A stretch of DNA of 64,000 nt from the NCBI GenBank assembly GCA_019058315.1, contig JAHPZH010000002.1, forward strand, positions 768,001-832,000, in the 5' to 3' direction. Position numbers and translations under genes: made by a program. Positions within the stretch are counted from its first letter, which is position 1. Every line of letters begins with the position of its first letter. Positions 10,473 through 20,224 of the stretch are shown in pieces. The notes under the pieces are model-generated. The model made no database searches, was not told the DNA's origin, and worked only from the letters and a program-made list of their open reading frames with translations. This stretch comes from Candidatus Helarchaeota archaeon (GTDB lineage: Archaea; Asgardarchaeota; Lokiarchaeia; Helarchaeales; RDOG01).

Positions 10473-10919
10473 TTACTTCACAATTAATATTGGACAATCT
10501 GTTAATTCAATCATTCTGACAGTTCTTCCACCTATTGCAACGAACCTTGATTTTTTCTTAATTTGATGTCCAATAACTAACAAATCTGCATTTACTTTTT
10601 TTACATAATTAGTTATTTTTTCACTTGGGTAACCCTCATCCAATTGAACTTCTGCTTCTATTCCTGATTTTTTAGCTAAATTTTTAATGAATTGTAAAAT
10701 ACTATTCCCCGTGTGAGAGTATTCTTCCCTAACTTCTTCTGCTGTTTTCTTTGACATACTTAAAATTTTTTCAACAACTTTATCGTCAATAACATAGATG
10801 ATATATAATTCTGAAAGATACTTTTGTGCGATGTTTATTGCTATATTCGCAGCTTTAATAGATTCTTTGCTCCCATCAGTTGCGATACAAATTTTGGGAA
10901 AAATCTGGTTTTCTGACAT
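10473..10919 (-). CDS. universal stress protein (UspA family)
   Basis: KICIATDGSKES, G-x-P, ADLLVIG, CPILIVK. Confidence 0.92.
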   Translation of the reverse strand: MSENQIFPKICIATDGSKESIKAANIAINIAQKYLSELYIIYVIDDKVVEKILSMSKKTAEEVREEYSHTGNSILQFIKNLAKKSGIEAEVQLDEGYPSEKITNYVKKVNADLLVIGHQIKKKSRFVAIGGRTVRMIELTDCPILIVK

Positions 10920-10925
10920 TTATTA

Positions 10926-11564
10926 TCACCTATTATTTTCTTCTAAATATTCTTTAACAATTTTTATTGTAATAATTTCATCCCTTTCAAGCTCTTCCAA
11001 TTGTTCCTCTAAAAAATTGATAGTTTCTTTATGATCAGGGATCAAAACATTCTCTAACGCATTAATTCGCCTTTGTGTCTTTTTAATTTCATTTGCGATT
11101 CTATATATTGCACTTTCAATACTTGCTAAATCAACAATATCTTTAAAAATTTTTGAAAATTCTCTTATTACTTCATCAATATAATGACTGACTAAAAATA
11201 ATCCATAATCTGGAAAGAAATCTTTTTCTTCTATAATAGAAATTATAGGGATAATTACATTCATAATAGTCTGTTCTTTTAATTCAAATTTTATCAATTC
11301 TTCAGAAGTTAAAGCAATTTCTTCCATATCATCAATTCCCATATCCATATTTGCTTGAGCTAATAGTCTAAAAGCTCTTTCGAGATTTTTATTAATATTT
11401 TTTCTTATTTTCTCAGCATCAAAAATTTCTTCCCTTAATCTTATCATGAGATAATCTCTTTTTTCATTCATGAGCTCATAGGCTTGTTTTAAGAACCCAA
11501 TATTTTTTTTAAGCTCTAATAATTCACGTTCATTAATTGGAACTTTCATTCTCATAATTATCAT
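10926..11564 (-). CDS. atpD: A/V-type ATPase subunit D
   Basis: EIKKTQRRINALENVLIP motif. Confidence 0.93.
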   Translation of the reverse strand: MIIMRMKVPINERELLELKKNIGFLKQAYELMNEKRDYLMIRLREEIFDAEKIRKNINKNLERAFRLLAQANMDMGIDDMEEIALTSEELIKFELKEQTIMNVIIPIISIIEEKDFFPDYGLFLVSHYIDEVIREFSKIFKDIVDLASIESAIYRIANEIKKTQRRINALENVLIPDHKETINFLEEQLEELERDEIITIKIVKEYLEENNR

Positions 11565-11565
11565 T

Positions 11566-12936
11566 TCATTTATTATTCAGATATTTTTGAATAAATTTCT
11601 CTTTTATTCTAGTTAATTCTAGTTCCGGAAGAATTTTCAGAGTTTGCCAAGCTAAATTTAAAGTCTCTTCAAAAGTTCTATTTTCTTTAAAATCTTGATT
11701 AATAAATTTCGTTTCAAAAGATCTTTTAAATTGTAAATATTGCCTATCGATATTTGTAAGTCCATCTTCACCCACTATTTTTGATAGTGATTCGACTTCA
11801 AGAGCTTTGGTATAAGATGTGTATAATTGATTTGCGACATCTGCATGATCTTCTCTTGTTAATCCTTCGCCAACTCCGGACTTCATTAAGCGTGATAATG
11901 ATGGTAATATGTTTATTGGAGGATATATGTTACTCTGAAATAATGATCTATCTAATATAATTTGGCCTTCAGTAATATATCCTGTTAGATCTGGGACCGG
12001 GTGACTTAAATCATCATTTGGCATTGTTAAAATCGGTATTTGCGTAATTGATCCCTTTTTATTTTTAATCCTTCCCGCTCTTTCATAAATAGTGGCCAAA
12101 TCTGTATAAAGATATCCTGGATATCCTTTTCTGCTAGGGATTTCTCCTTTTGAAGAAGAAATTTCACGTAATGCCTCAGCATAGGCAGTCATATCTGTTA
12201 GAATGACTAATACATGCATATCTAAATCAAAGGCGAGATATTCAGCAATGGTTAATGAAATTCTAGGAACAATTAATCTTTCAGTTGGAGGATCCTCAGC
12301 TAAATTTAATACCATTACAACATTATCAAAAGCTCCTAATGTTTCGAAACTTTTCGTATAAAAATCAGAAGTGCTATGTTTCAGTCCCATTGCTCCAAAA
12401 ACAATGGCAAAGTCTTCCTTAGTTTTAATACTTGCTTGATTTGCAATTTGGATTGCTAATTTTGAGTGTGGTAAACCAGATCCAGAAAAAATTGGTAATT
12501 TTTGACCACGAATTAAAGTATTTAAACCATCAATTGCAGATACACCTGTCTGAATTGATTCTCTTGGGAATTCTCTAACTGTAGGATTCATGGGTGCACT
12601 ATTAATGTCTCTCAAAACACCAGAAAATAACTCTGGTCCTCCGTCAATTGGTTCGCATGTACCGTTAAATACTCTGCCAAGCATATCTTTTGAAACATAG
12701 ATTTCAAAAGGTTTTCCTTTAAACCGAATCTTTGTATCTATTAGAGATACTCCATGTGTTCCCCGAAATACTTCTATAACAGTAAAATCCCTAGCAATTT
12801 CGAGAACTTTGCCCTTTTGAACCTTTCCATTGCTTTCGATCTCAACAACTTCGTCAAATCCAACACCTGGGATTGACTTTATAAAGATTAAAGATCCAAC
12901 TATCCTTATTGACTGCTTGAATGTCATTGCTTCCAT
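11566..12936 (-). CDS. atpB: A/V-type ATPase subunit B
   Basis: [46 protein letters not shown]. Confidence 0.97.
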   Translation of the reverse strand: MEAMTFKQSIRIVGSLIFIKSIPGVGFDEVVEIESNGKVQKGKVLEIARDFTVIEVFRGTHGVSLIDTKIRFKGKPFEIYVSKDMLGRVFNGTCEPIDGGPELFSGVLRDINSAPMNPTVREFPRESIQTGVSAIDGLNTLIRGQKLPIFSGSGLPHSKLAIQIANQASIKTKEDFAIVFGAMGLKHSTSDFYTKSFETLGAFDNVVMVLNLAEDPPTERLIVPRISLTIAEYLAFDLDMHVLVILTDMTAYAEALREISSSKGEIPSRKGYPGYLYTDLATIYERAGRIKNKKGSITQIPILTMPNDDLSHPVPDLTGYITEGQIILDRSLFQSNIYPPINILPSLSRLMKSGVGEGLTREDHADVANQLYTSYTKALEVESLSKIVGEDGLTNIDRQYLQFKRSFETKFINQDFKENRTFEETLNLAWQTLKILPELELTRIKEKFIQKYLNNK

Positions 12937-14724
12937 TTAAACCGCCCCCATTTCCTTTATTTCTTTTAAATCTCTAACCATTTCATTTTCTAATTTATCA
13001 AATTCGATTAATGCGTCATTAGGAATCTTTGACTTCATTCTATTTAATTTAGGTATTAATGGAAGATTATCTAAAAGATAAATTGGAATTCTCTCTTGAA
13101 TTATGTCTGAACTTAATTCAAAAAAATCTATAATTAATTTAAGCATTTTAAATTGCTTTTCAGGCGTGGTAAATGTATCGATTTTGTCAAATGCATTTTG
13201 ATTCAAAAATCCTTCTTTAATTAAGTCTACAACTCGTAAAATTAATTTTTGATTATCTGATAGAGCATCAGTTCCGATTAATTTAACCATTCTTCGTAAT
13301 TCATCATCCTTTTGGAGTAAATCCATAGCTTTATTACGATATTGCTCCCATTTTATATCAACATTAGTTATCCACCAATTTTTTACAGCTTCCACATATT
13401 CAGAATAACTTTGCATCCAATTTATTGCAGGAAAATGCCTCTGGAATGCAAGATCCTTGTCCAGAGCCCAAAAGACATCTACTATTCGTTTTGCGTTTTG
13501 GACAACCGGATCTGAAAAATCCGCAGCAGGAGGTGATACTGCTCCCATCACACTTACAGATCCTACGTTTGATTCTCCATCTTTCATTCTTAGAACCTTA
13601 ACCCTTCCTGCCCGTTCGAAAAATTCAGCAATTCTTGAAGGAAGATAAGAGGGATAACCTCTCTCAGCTGGTATCTCATTTAGCCTACCTGATATTTCTC
13701 TTAAAGCTTCCGCCCACCTGCTTATTGAATCTGCCATAAGTGCTACATTATATCCCATATCTCTAATATATTCTGCTATTGTTAATCCTGTATAGATACT
13801 TGCTTCTCTTGCTGAAACTGTCATATTCGAAGTATTTACAATTAAAATTGTCCTTTGCATTAATGGTTTTTGAGAATAAGGATCTATTAAATTTGGAAAG
13901 TCTTTGAGGACTTCTGCCATCTCATTACCACGTTCTCCACAACCAATATAAATAATAAGATCAACATATGACCATTTAGCAATTTGTTGCAAAGTAATTG
14001 TTTTACCCGTTCCAAAACCACCTGGTATTATAGCTGTTCCTCCTAATGTTAATGGAAAGAAAGTATCAATAATTCTCTGACCCGTAATAAAAAGCTCTTC
14101 TGAAAAGAGTCTTTTTAAATATGGACGAGGACGTCTAACTGGCCAATATTGTACCATGGACAATTTAATCGAATTATTATTTGGTGATAAAAGAGTTGTT
14201 ATCTCCTCATTTATTGTATAATTACCTTCCGAATAAATTTCCTGAACTTTACCTTCGATATCAGGGGGAACAAGGATTTTATGTTTAAAAATTTCGGTTT
14301 CATCAACAGTCCCAATAATATCTCCCCCTTTTACATAATCTCCTATATTAACATTTGGATTGAAATGCCATTTTTTTTGACGATTTAATATATCTAAATG
14401 TGCTCCCTTACTAATGTATATACCATAATTCTCAGCTATAAGTTCTAGAGGTCTTTGAACTCCATCAAAAATGTTTCCTATTAGACCTGGACCTAATTCA
14501 ACTTGTAATGGACTTCCTGTTCCAATTACTGGTTCTCCTATCTTCATCCCACTTGTATCTTCATAAACCTGAATGTGTTTTAATTCTTTCTCTAATTCTA
14601 TAACTTCACCAATAAGCTTTTCATTTCCGACTAGAACCATCTCATGCATTTGAACATTTTTTAAACCGTTGGCAAAAATTACAGGTCCATTTATTCTTGT
14701 AATTGCCCCTTGATTTTCGATCAT
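12937..14724 (-). CDS. atpA: A/V-type ATPase catalytic subunit A
   Basis: GGFGTGKT P-loop, [23 protein letters not shown]; no intein. Confidence 0.97.
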   Translation of the reverse strand: MIENQGAITRINGPVIFANGLKNVQMHEMVLVGNEKLIGEVIELEKELKHIQVYEDTSGMKIGEPVIGTGSPLQVELGPGLIGNIFDGVQRPLELIAENYGIYISKGAHLDILNRQKKWHFNPNVNIGDYVKGGDIIGTVDETEIFKHKILVPPDIEGKVQEIYSEGNYTINEEITTLLSPNNNSIKLSMVQYWPVRRPRPYLKRLFSEELFITGQRIIDTFFPLTLGGTAIIPGGFGTGKTITLQQIAKWSYVDLIIYIGCGERGNEMAEVLKDFPNLIDPYSQKPLMQRTILIVNTSNMTVSAREASIYTGLTIAEYIRDMGYNVALMADSISRWAEALREISGRLNEIPAERGYPSYLPSRIAEFFERAGRVKVLRMKDGESNVGSVSVMGAVSPPAADFSDPVVQNAKRIVDVFWALDKDLAFQRHFPAINWMQSYSEYVEAVKNWWITNVDIKWEQYRNKAMDLLQKDDELRRMVKLIGTDALSDNQKLILRVVDLIKEGFLNQNAFDKIDTFTTPEKQFKMLKLIIDFFELSSDIIQERIPIYLLDNLPLIPKLNRMKSKIPNDALIEFDKLENEMVRDLKEIKEMGAV

Positions 14725-14726
14725 AT

Positions 14727-15377
14727 TTAACCCTCCTCAGGAAAGAGTATTGAGGCTATCTTTATCCTAATTTTTTGTTTTCTTCGTGATAATCGTCCTT
14801 CAAATGTGTTATCATATGAAATAGAATAATCATCAGTACTAATTAAGACTCCACCAAGTGATTGAATTGGAGGAGATAATTTTAATTTTATTTTAAATTT
14901 ATTTTCAAGGTTTTTTAACCAATTATCAGATAATCTATCTTGATCCTCTTGATTAAGCCCAATTAATAGGGAGAATTCTCGATTATCTTCTTGCCTTTTG
15001 ATCAAACTAAATATTTCTTCAATAGCTTTTATTATAAAATTATTTAATAAACTTAAATACTGTTCTGTTTTTACAAAGCTTTTTAATTTATCCTCAATTT
15101 TCTCAAAAACTTGATTTATTAATTTGTCTTTTAATACATATGTATTGCGTCGAGTTTCTAATCTAATTAATGAATTTATTCGATCTTCCTCTTGCGTAAT
15201 TATTTTTTTAGTTTCTTTATTTAATTTTTCTATTTCTAATTCTGCTTTTTTATTGGCTTCTTCTAGAATCTGTGCTTTTATAGTTTCAGCTTCTCTTAAT
15301 ATATTTTCCGTTTCGTTCTGAATCGTTTCTTCAATTTCTTCTGAAATAATAGATATACCCTTTTTTATATTAGACAT
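14727..15377 (-). CDS. atpE: A/V-type ATPase subunit E
   Basis: N-terminal coiled coil, LGGV...YDNTFEGRL. Confidence 0.88.
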   Translation of the reverse strand: MSNIKKGISIISEEIEETIQNETENILREAETIKAQILEEANKKAELEIEKLNKETKKIITQEEDRINSLIRLETRRNTYVLKDKLINQVFEKIEDKLKSFVKTEQYLSLLNNFIIKAIEEIFSLIKRQEDNREFSLLIGLNQEDQDRLSDNWLKNLENKFKIKLKLSPPIQSLGGVLISTDDYSISYDNTFEGRLSRRKQKIRIKIASILFPEEG

Positions 15378-15387
15378 TCTCAGCCCT

Positions 15388-15726
15388 TCAAATCTTCATT
15401 CCTATTACCTTTTTCATGATGTAATCTAGGTTCAAAGGAGGTTTTATAGAACCAGTTCTATCAGGAATTTCAATAATGAGAACATTTTCATGATTTATTC
15501 TAATTTTTAAAATAAACTCTTCTAGCTGTTCTGCTATTTTTTCATTTATTATTATAATACCGTGATCTTGTTTTTTCTGAAATTCTCTAATTATGTCTTT
15601 AACCTGATTGATGGAATTTTCAGAAGTAATGTCTTCAATTATTGTTCCATTTATCCCTAGAAGCCTAAATCCAATTACGGTGTCTCGAAATCCTATGACA
15701 TGAATCCATAAATTTTTAATCGTTAT
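15388..15726 (-). CDS. atpF: A/V-type ATPase subunit F (absent from the ORF track; ATA or ACG start)
   Basis: Manual translation: ITIKNLWIHVIGFRDTVIGFRLLGING...GIIIINEKIAEQL...IIEIPDRTGS...IMKKVIGMKI*; classic IG..DTV.GFRL.G motif. Confidence 0.9.
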   Translation of the reverse strand: MTIKNLWIHVIGFRDTVIGFRLLGINGTIIEDITSENSINQVKDIIREFQKKQDHGIIIINEKIAEQLEEFILKIRINHENVLIIEIPDRTGSIKPPLNLDYIMKKVIGMKI

Positions 15727-15831
15727 GTAGTACCTTCTTTTTTTTTTAACATTTGAGAAGTTCTTAAAATTTTATTAAAATATTTATTTAAAAGACTTTT
15801 TTTAAATCTTACACTTAATTTATTAATATAG

Positions 15832-15879
15832 TACGAAAAAATATGTATTGTATTAAATTTTATTTACTAAGTTTAAGTA
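15832..15879 (+). promoter_or_regulatory. conserved operator/promoter copy A (TACG-N8-TGTA ... TTTACTAA)
   Basis: Aligns with copies at 20091 and 37292 and with the reverse copy at 16842. Confidence 0.7.
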
Positions 15880-15891
15880 TAAGGTCTAATT

Positions 15892-16701
15892 ATGAACGAA
15901 GAATATTTAGATGAATTATTTGGCATCTTACATTCATCAATAAGATTACATATTATTAATTTATTAATAAATGAAAAATCAGAACTCAGATTTAATGAAA
16001 TATCTAAGTTATTAAATATAAATCCATCAACTTTAGAAAACCATTTGAAAAAATTATTATCTCTCGGATTAATAACTCATGAAAATGAAAAATATTATAA
16101 AGCAAACTTAAATTCGGAAATTATATGGTTTCTAATTAATAAATTTCAACAAATAAAAAATAATTCTTATTTTAGCAATCATAGAATTGCCGAATTAAAT
16201 TCGGAGTTATTAAATACTTTCTTGGATCTCAAATTTGAAATATTAAATAATGGTATTTCAATTGCTTCTCAATTCATTGATGATTTTAAGAAATCTAGTG
16301 AAATTCTAAAAATAGGGGGGGCAATTGATTTAGAGTTTGAAGAGAATTTCATGAAAATTATTAATCTTAATTTTAAAAATACCAAAATTGAGATTATTCT
16401 TTCCGAAAAAAATGCTAGTAATTTTTTAAGATTAAAAAATGAAAATTTAATCTTTAGAGATGTTCCTAATTCAAAAATTTCTGTATATATTACTACTAAT
16501 CCTAATTTGTATTTAATGATTCTAGCAAATTCAGGATTCCTATTTTTTCCTGATTTAAATTTCAAATTAGATTATGAAAATTGCCTATATATGAAAACAA
16601 ACAATGGAGTTAATTGGCTACTTAAACTTTTTAATTATTTAAAGCAAAAATCGAAATTAATCTCACTGGATATACAACAAGATATCAAGAATAAGATTTG
16701 A
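15892..16701 (+). CDS. winged-helix (ArsR-like) transcriptional regulator with C-terminal effector domain (COG4742/DUF1724-like)
   Basis: IRLHIINLL...RFNEISKLLNINPSTLENHLKKL..LGLI HTH; C-terminal LFFPDLNFKLDY...W..KLFNY. Confidence 0.8.
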   Translation: MNEEYLDELFGILHSSIRLHIINLLINEKSELRFNEISKLLNINPSTLENHLKKLLSLGLITHENEKYYKANLNSEIIWFLINKFQQIKNNSYFSNHRIAELNSELLNTFLDLKFEILNNGISIASQFIDDFKKSSEILKIGGAIDLEFEENFMKIINLNFKNTKIEIILSEKNASNFLRLKNENLIFRDVPNSKISVYITTNPNLYLMILANSGFLFFPDLNFKLDYENCLYMKTNNGVNWLLKLFNYLKQKSKLISLDIQQDIKNKI

Positions 16702-16793
16702 AAGCACTCAATAAATTGTGTTTATCTTTGGTCCATATCCACGAAAAAATCTTCAAATCTTAGTATTTTAAGATAGAAGTAAATTAGCAAATA

Positions 16794-16843
16794 TTTCTTA
16801 ACCTTTAAACAATATTTTCAATAAAATACTAATTTTTTCGTAC
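16794..16843 (-). promoter_or_regulatory. conserved operator copy D, inverted (TACG-AAAAAATT-AGTA-TTTTATT)
   Basis: Reverse complement of 16827-16842 plus flank matches the shared motif. Confidence 0.6.
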
Positions 16844-16969
16844 AGCATGAATTAAATAAAAATATACTCTGATTTTAAAAATTAAATTTAAATTTGATAA
16901 TTTTGTATGTTTTTAACAATTAAAAAGGGAAGTAATCTTCCCAAATGGGAAAAACAGAGTTAGAAAAAA

Positions 16970-18280
16970 ATGTTTGAGGAAATTAATTTCTTGATTGTAG
17001 GAATAATAATTGTTGGGATTATTGTATCCTTTCTATTCATAATTTTCATGGTATCTCGATATAGGAAATTCAAAACAAATGAGTATGTAATTCATCTTAG
17101 AAATGGAAAAGTCAAGAGTGCTGGTCTAGGTGGAAATATATGGTTATTACCTTTAATTGATGATTACATTATTATACCAACGACAAGCATCCAAACAAAT
17201 TTAGAAGCACATGAACAAGTACTTTCAAAAGAATATCAAAGTATTAGTATAACAGGTATGCTAATTTGGAAAGTCATAAATGCCGAAAAAGCATTCTCAG
17301 CTGTTTCTTGGGACCCTAGAAATGAACATTACGTAGAAAAGATTCTTAAAAATGCAGCAGAGGCGATTATCAGGACTACATGCGCCAATATGGAAATAGA
17401 AAAGATTATTCGAGAGCGTTCAGATATTATAAAGAATATTAGCAAAGAATTACACGAAATTACTTCGGATTGGGGAGTTATAATCGAATCTATCGAAATT
17501 ATAGAAGTAAATATTTTAAACCCAGAATTAAAGAAAAACATGGAAGCAATAAAGCAAGCAGAACAATCAAGAAGTGCAAGAATCGCCACTGCCAATTCTG
17601 AAATGGAATCTCGTTTAAGAGAACTTGAGATGAAAAATGAAGTTGGTATTCGGGATCAACTTGTGGAAAAAGAAATTGAATTAAAGAAAAAAGATAAAGA
17701 GATAGCAATCGCACAAAAAGAACTAGAGAGAAAAACAATTGAAGCTGATGGAGAAAGAAAGAAGATAGTTATTGAAGCTGAGGCTCAAGCTGAACAAATA
17801 AAAAAGAAGTTAATTGCTAAAGCAGAAGGTGAGGCTGAAGGTATAAGAAGACAAATGCTTGCTCAAGCTGAGGGAATTAAAAAACAAGTGGAAGCAGTAA
17901 GTAGTTCAGATGAAAGGTTTGCAATAGCTCAATTAATAGACAGATTACCTAAAATATTTGAAAATATTAAACCTGAGAAGATGTTTATCATGGGAAATGG
18001 TGATGAATCGTTTAATGCAATATCTAGATCAATTTTACCTTTCTTAATATTACTTCCAGAATATAGAAGAATTTTTGAGAATGGACAATTGCATACAGTT
18101 GATAAACATGCCGAGACTTTGCCAATAACTCCCGAAGAACTAAAAAATAAACTTGCTGAAACTCTACCAATAATTTCTGAGGAATTAAAAAATAAACATG
18201 CCGAATCTTTCCCAATAACTCCCGAGGAACTAAAAAATAAACATACTCAAAATTCCAAATACATCCTGAGGAATAAATAA
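16970..18280 (+). CDS. flotillin-like SPFH/Band 7 protein
   Basis: N-terminal TM, SPFH domain, EAEA/AEGEAEG coiled-coil tail, C-terminal 15-aa repeats. Confidence 0.9.
   Translation: MFEEINFLIVGIIIVGIIVSFLFIIFMVSRYRKFKTNEYVIHLRNGKVKSAGLGGNIWLLPLIDDYIIIPTTSIQTNLEAHEQVLSKEYQSISITGMLIWKVINAEKAFSAVSWDPRNEHYVEKILKNAAEAIIRTTCANMEIEKIIRERSDIIKNISKELHEITSDWGVIIESIEIIEVNILNPELKKNMEAIKQAEQSRSARIATANSEMESRLRELEMKNEVGIRDQLVEKEIELKKKDKEIAIAQKELERKTIEADGERKKIVIEAEAQAEQIKKKLIAKAEGEAEGIRRQMLAQAEGIKKQVEAVSSSDERFAIAQLIDRLPKIFENIKPEKMFIMGNGDESFNAISRSILPFLILLPEYRRIFENGQLHTVDKHAETLPITPEELKNKLAETLPIISEELKNKHAESFPITPEELKNKHTQNSKYILRNK
18102..18245 (+). repeat. 45-bp coding tandem repeat, 3 copies plus a partial one (KHAETLPITPEELKN)
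   Basis: Units start at 18102, 18147 and 18192. Confidence 0.9.
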
Positions 18281-18383
18281 TCTGATATTTATCAGTAAGG
18301 ATTAATCACTAAACTTTCCCAATAAAAAGAATATTTTAATTTAAATAAAAAATGGAATAAAAAATATTAAAGGGTATTGATAA

Positions 18384-19241
18384 ATGGACTTATATAATAT
18401 TTTCTTTAATATTTGCCTAGGTTTATTTATTGGTGGGGTAATAATGTCGATTATTTCGATAATTCTTGCAGGGACAACAATTCAACATCAAAGTTTGGGA
18501 CATATTGATCATACAGCTTATATTGACCATATTGACCACATCGACCATCTTGACCACACCCTTGCTCATATAGAACATGTCGACCATGCTGACCATACCC
18601 CTACTCATATAGAACATGTCGACCATGCTGATTTTATCAATCAAACAGAGCATATAGGACATTTGGGCAAGGAACATTTACATAAAATTAATCATTTCAA
18701 AGATTCAGGGAATATTAATGGCCATAAAGATATAACGCCCGCTCCTTTTATGCTTTTATTTTCGGAATTTTTATTGGTATTTGGAATTTCTGGCATTTTA
18801 TATTATTTTATTATAATTGAATGGCCGAAATGGATAATATTTTTCATCACACCATTAACCAGTTTTCTGTTTGTAGAGCTCGTTTCAATGTTGTGGAAAA
18901 GAATTGCAATAAATAGACATTATGAAACCATTTCTAGTAAAAATATAATTGGAACGATTGGAGAAGTAGTTTTAGATGTGGATAGTAAAGGTGGTATTAT
19001 CAAGATTAACTCTAACACGCCAATGGAATTTGAAAAAATACATTCGAAACCATTACACCCAGAGAAGCAGTTTTCTAAAGGTCAGCACGTATTTATTTAT
19101 GCAAAAAAGGATGGATATTTTCTAATAGACAATAAAATACCCCTAGAGGAAGAGATAGAATCTTGTCCTAATTGTGGAGCAATAATAGTGGAGGAGAATG
19201 AGTGTTATTGCGTATATTGTGGAGCAAAATTATTACAATAA
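18384..19241 (+). CDS. NfeD/YqiJ-like membrane partner of flotillin with His-rich loop and C-terminal zinc ribbon
   Basis: 3 TM, (HID/HIE/HVD)n repeats, IIGTIGEVV..GGIIKI OB-fold pattern, CPNCG...CVYCG. Confidence 0.75.
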   Translation: MDLYNIFFNICLGLFIGGVIMSIISIILAGTTIQHQSLGHIDHTAYIDHIDHIDHLDHTLAHIEHVDHADHTPTHIEHVDHADFINQTEHIGHLGKEHLHKINHFKDSGNINGHKDITPAPFMLLFSEFLLVFGISGILYYFIIIEWPKWIIFFITPLTSFLFVELVSMLWKRIAINRHYETISSKNIIGTIGEVVLDVDSKGGIIKINSNTPMEFEKIHSKPLHPEKQFSKGQHVFIYAKKDGYFLIDNKIPLEEEIESCPNCGAIIVEENECYCVYCGAKLLQ

Positions 19242-19285
19242 AAAAAATCGGTCAAAAAGAGTAAGACTAAATATACTCTATTTTT

Positions 19286-19960
19286 TTAATTATTCTGTAT
19301 AACCCTTTTTTTACGTCCAATTCCAGGTAAGAATTGCCCGGTACTTGCAGCGTACTCGTCATATAAAGAACCGAAGATATTAAACATCAAATTTTCCTCA
19401 GCAATTGCTTGAAACGGTAAGGCAATCAGAAAGATTACAGCGTAGAAAACTATTAACCAAATTCCTGTGGCGAGGAAAAAAAAGAGAAATTCGAATGCTG
19501 CTTCTATGTAGCCTGGGTGACGTACATAATGATAAGGACCCCCCGTTGCTAGAATATATTTACCCGAAAGCGGTTTATAGAGTCTTGTAAAATTTACATT
19601 ATAAAAAAAGACACTTATGGACCAACCTAAGCATAGAAAAAGTCCAATGATACCAGTCCAATTGACCCAATTGGGCAAGTCAATAGCAAAAATAGAATTT
19701 ATTAAATCCCAAAAGTCAAATATACATGAGATGATCACGATAATCTCCAATATTGCATTGATAATTGGCGGTATTGCGACCCCTAATTGTGTCCATCGAT
19801 TTCCTGGACTTTGTTCAGCATTTTTTAATCCAACTCTATCAATGAGGACTGAGCCGTTAGGTAGTTTATTACTTCGGGTTAGTCTTATGATTCCTAAAAC
19901 AATGAGAAAAGCAATTCCACTACCAAGAAAACAGATTAATATAGTTAATTTATCAAGCAT
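19286..19960 (-). CDS. isoprenylcysteine carboxyl methyltransferase (ICMT/PEMT) family membrane protein
   Basis: GGPYHYVRHPGY, AEE..M...FG..Y..Y. Confidence 0.85.
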   Translation of the reverse strand: MLDKLTILICFLGSGIAFLIVLGIIRLTRSNKLPNGSVLIDRVGLKNAEQSPGNRWTQLGVAIPPIINAILEIIVIISCIFDFWDLINSIFAIDLPNWVNWTGIIGLFLCLGWSISVFFYNVNFTRLYKPLSGKYILATGGPYHYVRHPGYIEAAFEFLFFFLATGIWLIVFYAVIFLIALPFQAIAEENLMFNIFGSLYDEYAASTGQFLPGIGRKKRVIQNN

Positions 19961-20090
19961 GATATCGTTTTATTATTTTATGTATCTCATATTAAACTGG
20001 ATATATAATTAATTTATTGGATTTTAATATAAGAATTTATTAGTTTATTGGATAATTATTTTGCTAATCTTATCTATCTAATAAGTATTG

Positions 20091-20139
20091 TACGAAAATA
20101 AGCGTATTTTATTAAAATTTATTCACTAATTTTTATAAA
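20091..20139 (+). promoter_or_regulatory. conserved operator/promoter copy B (perfect TACG-N8-CGTA, TATA box TTTATAAA at 20132)
   Basis: TACGAAAATAAGCGTATTTTATTAAAATTTATTCACTAATTTTTATAAA. Confidence 0.75.
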
Positions 20140-20224
20140 TTAATTTTCTTCACTAGAAATCAAATAAAATTTTGAGAAATTAAATTTTAATCTAAAAATA
20201 TTTTTAAAATTTGGTGGAATAATT

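Noticed and set aside
18102-18640. Periodic repeats as a possible CRISPR array
   Set aside because: In-frame coding repeats without unique spacers; no cas genes in the window
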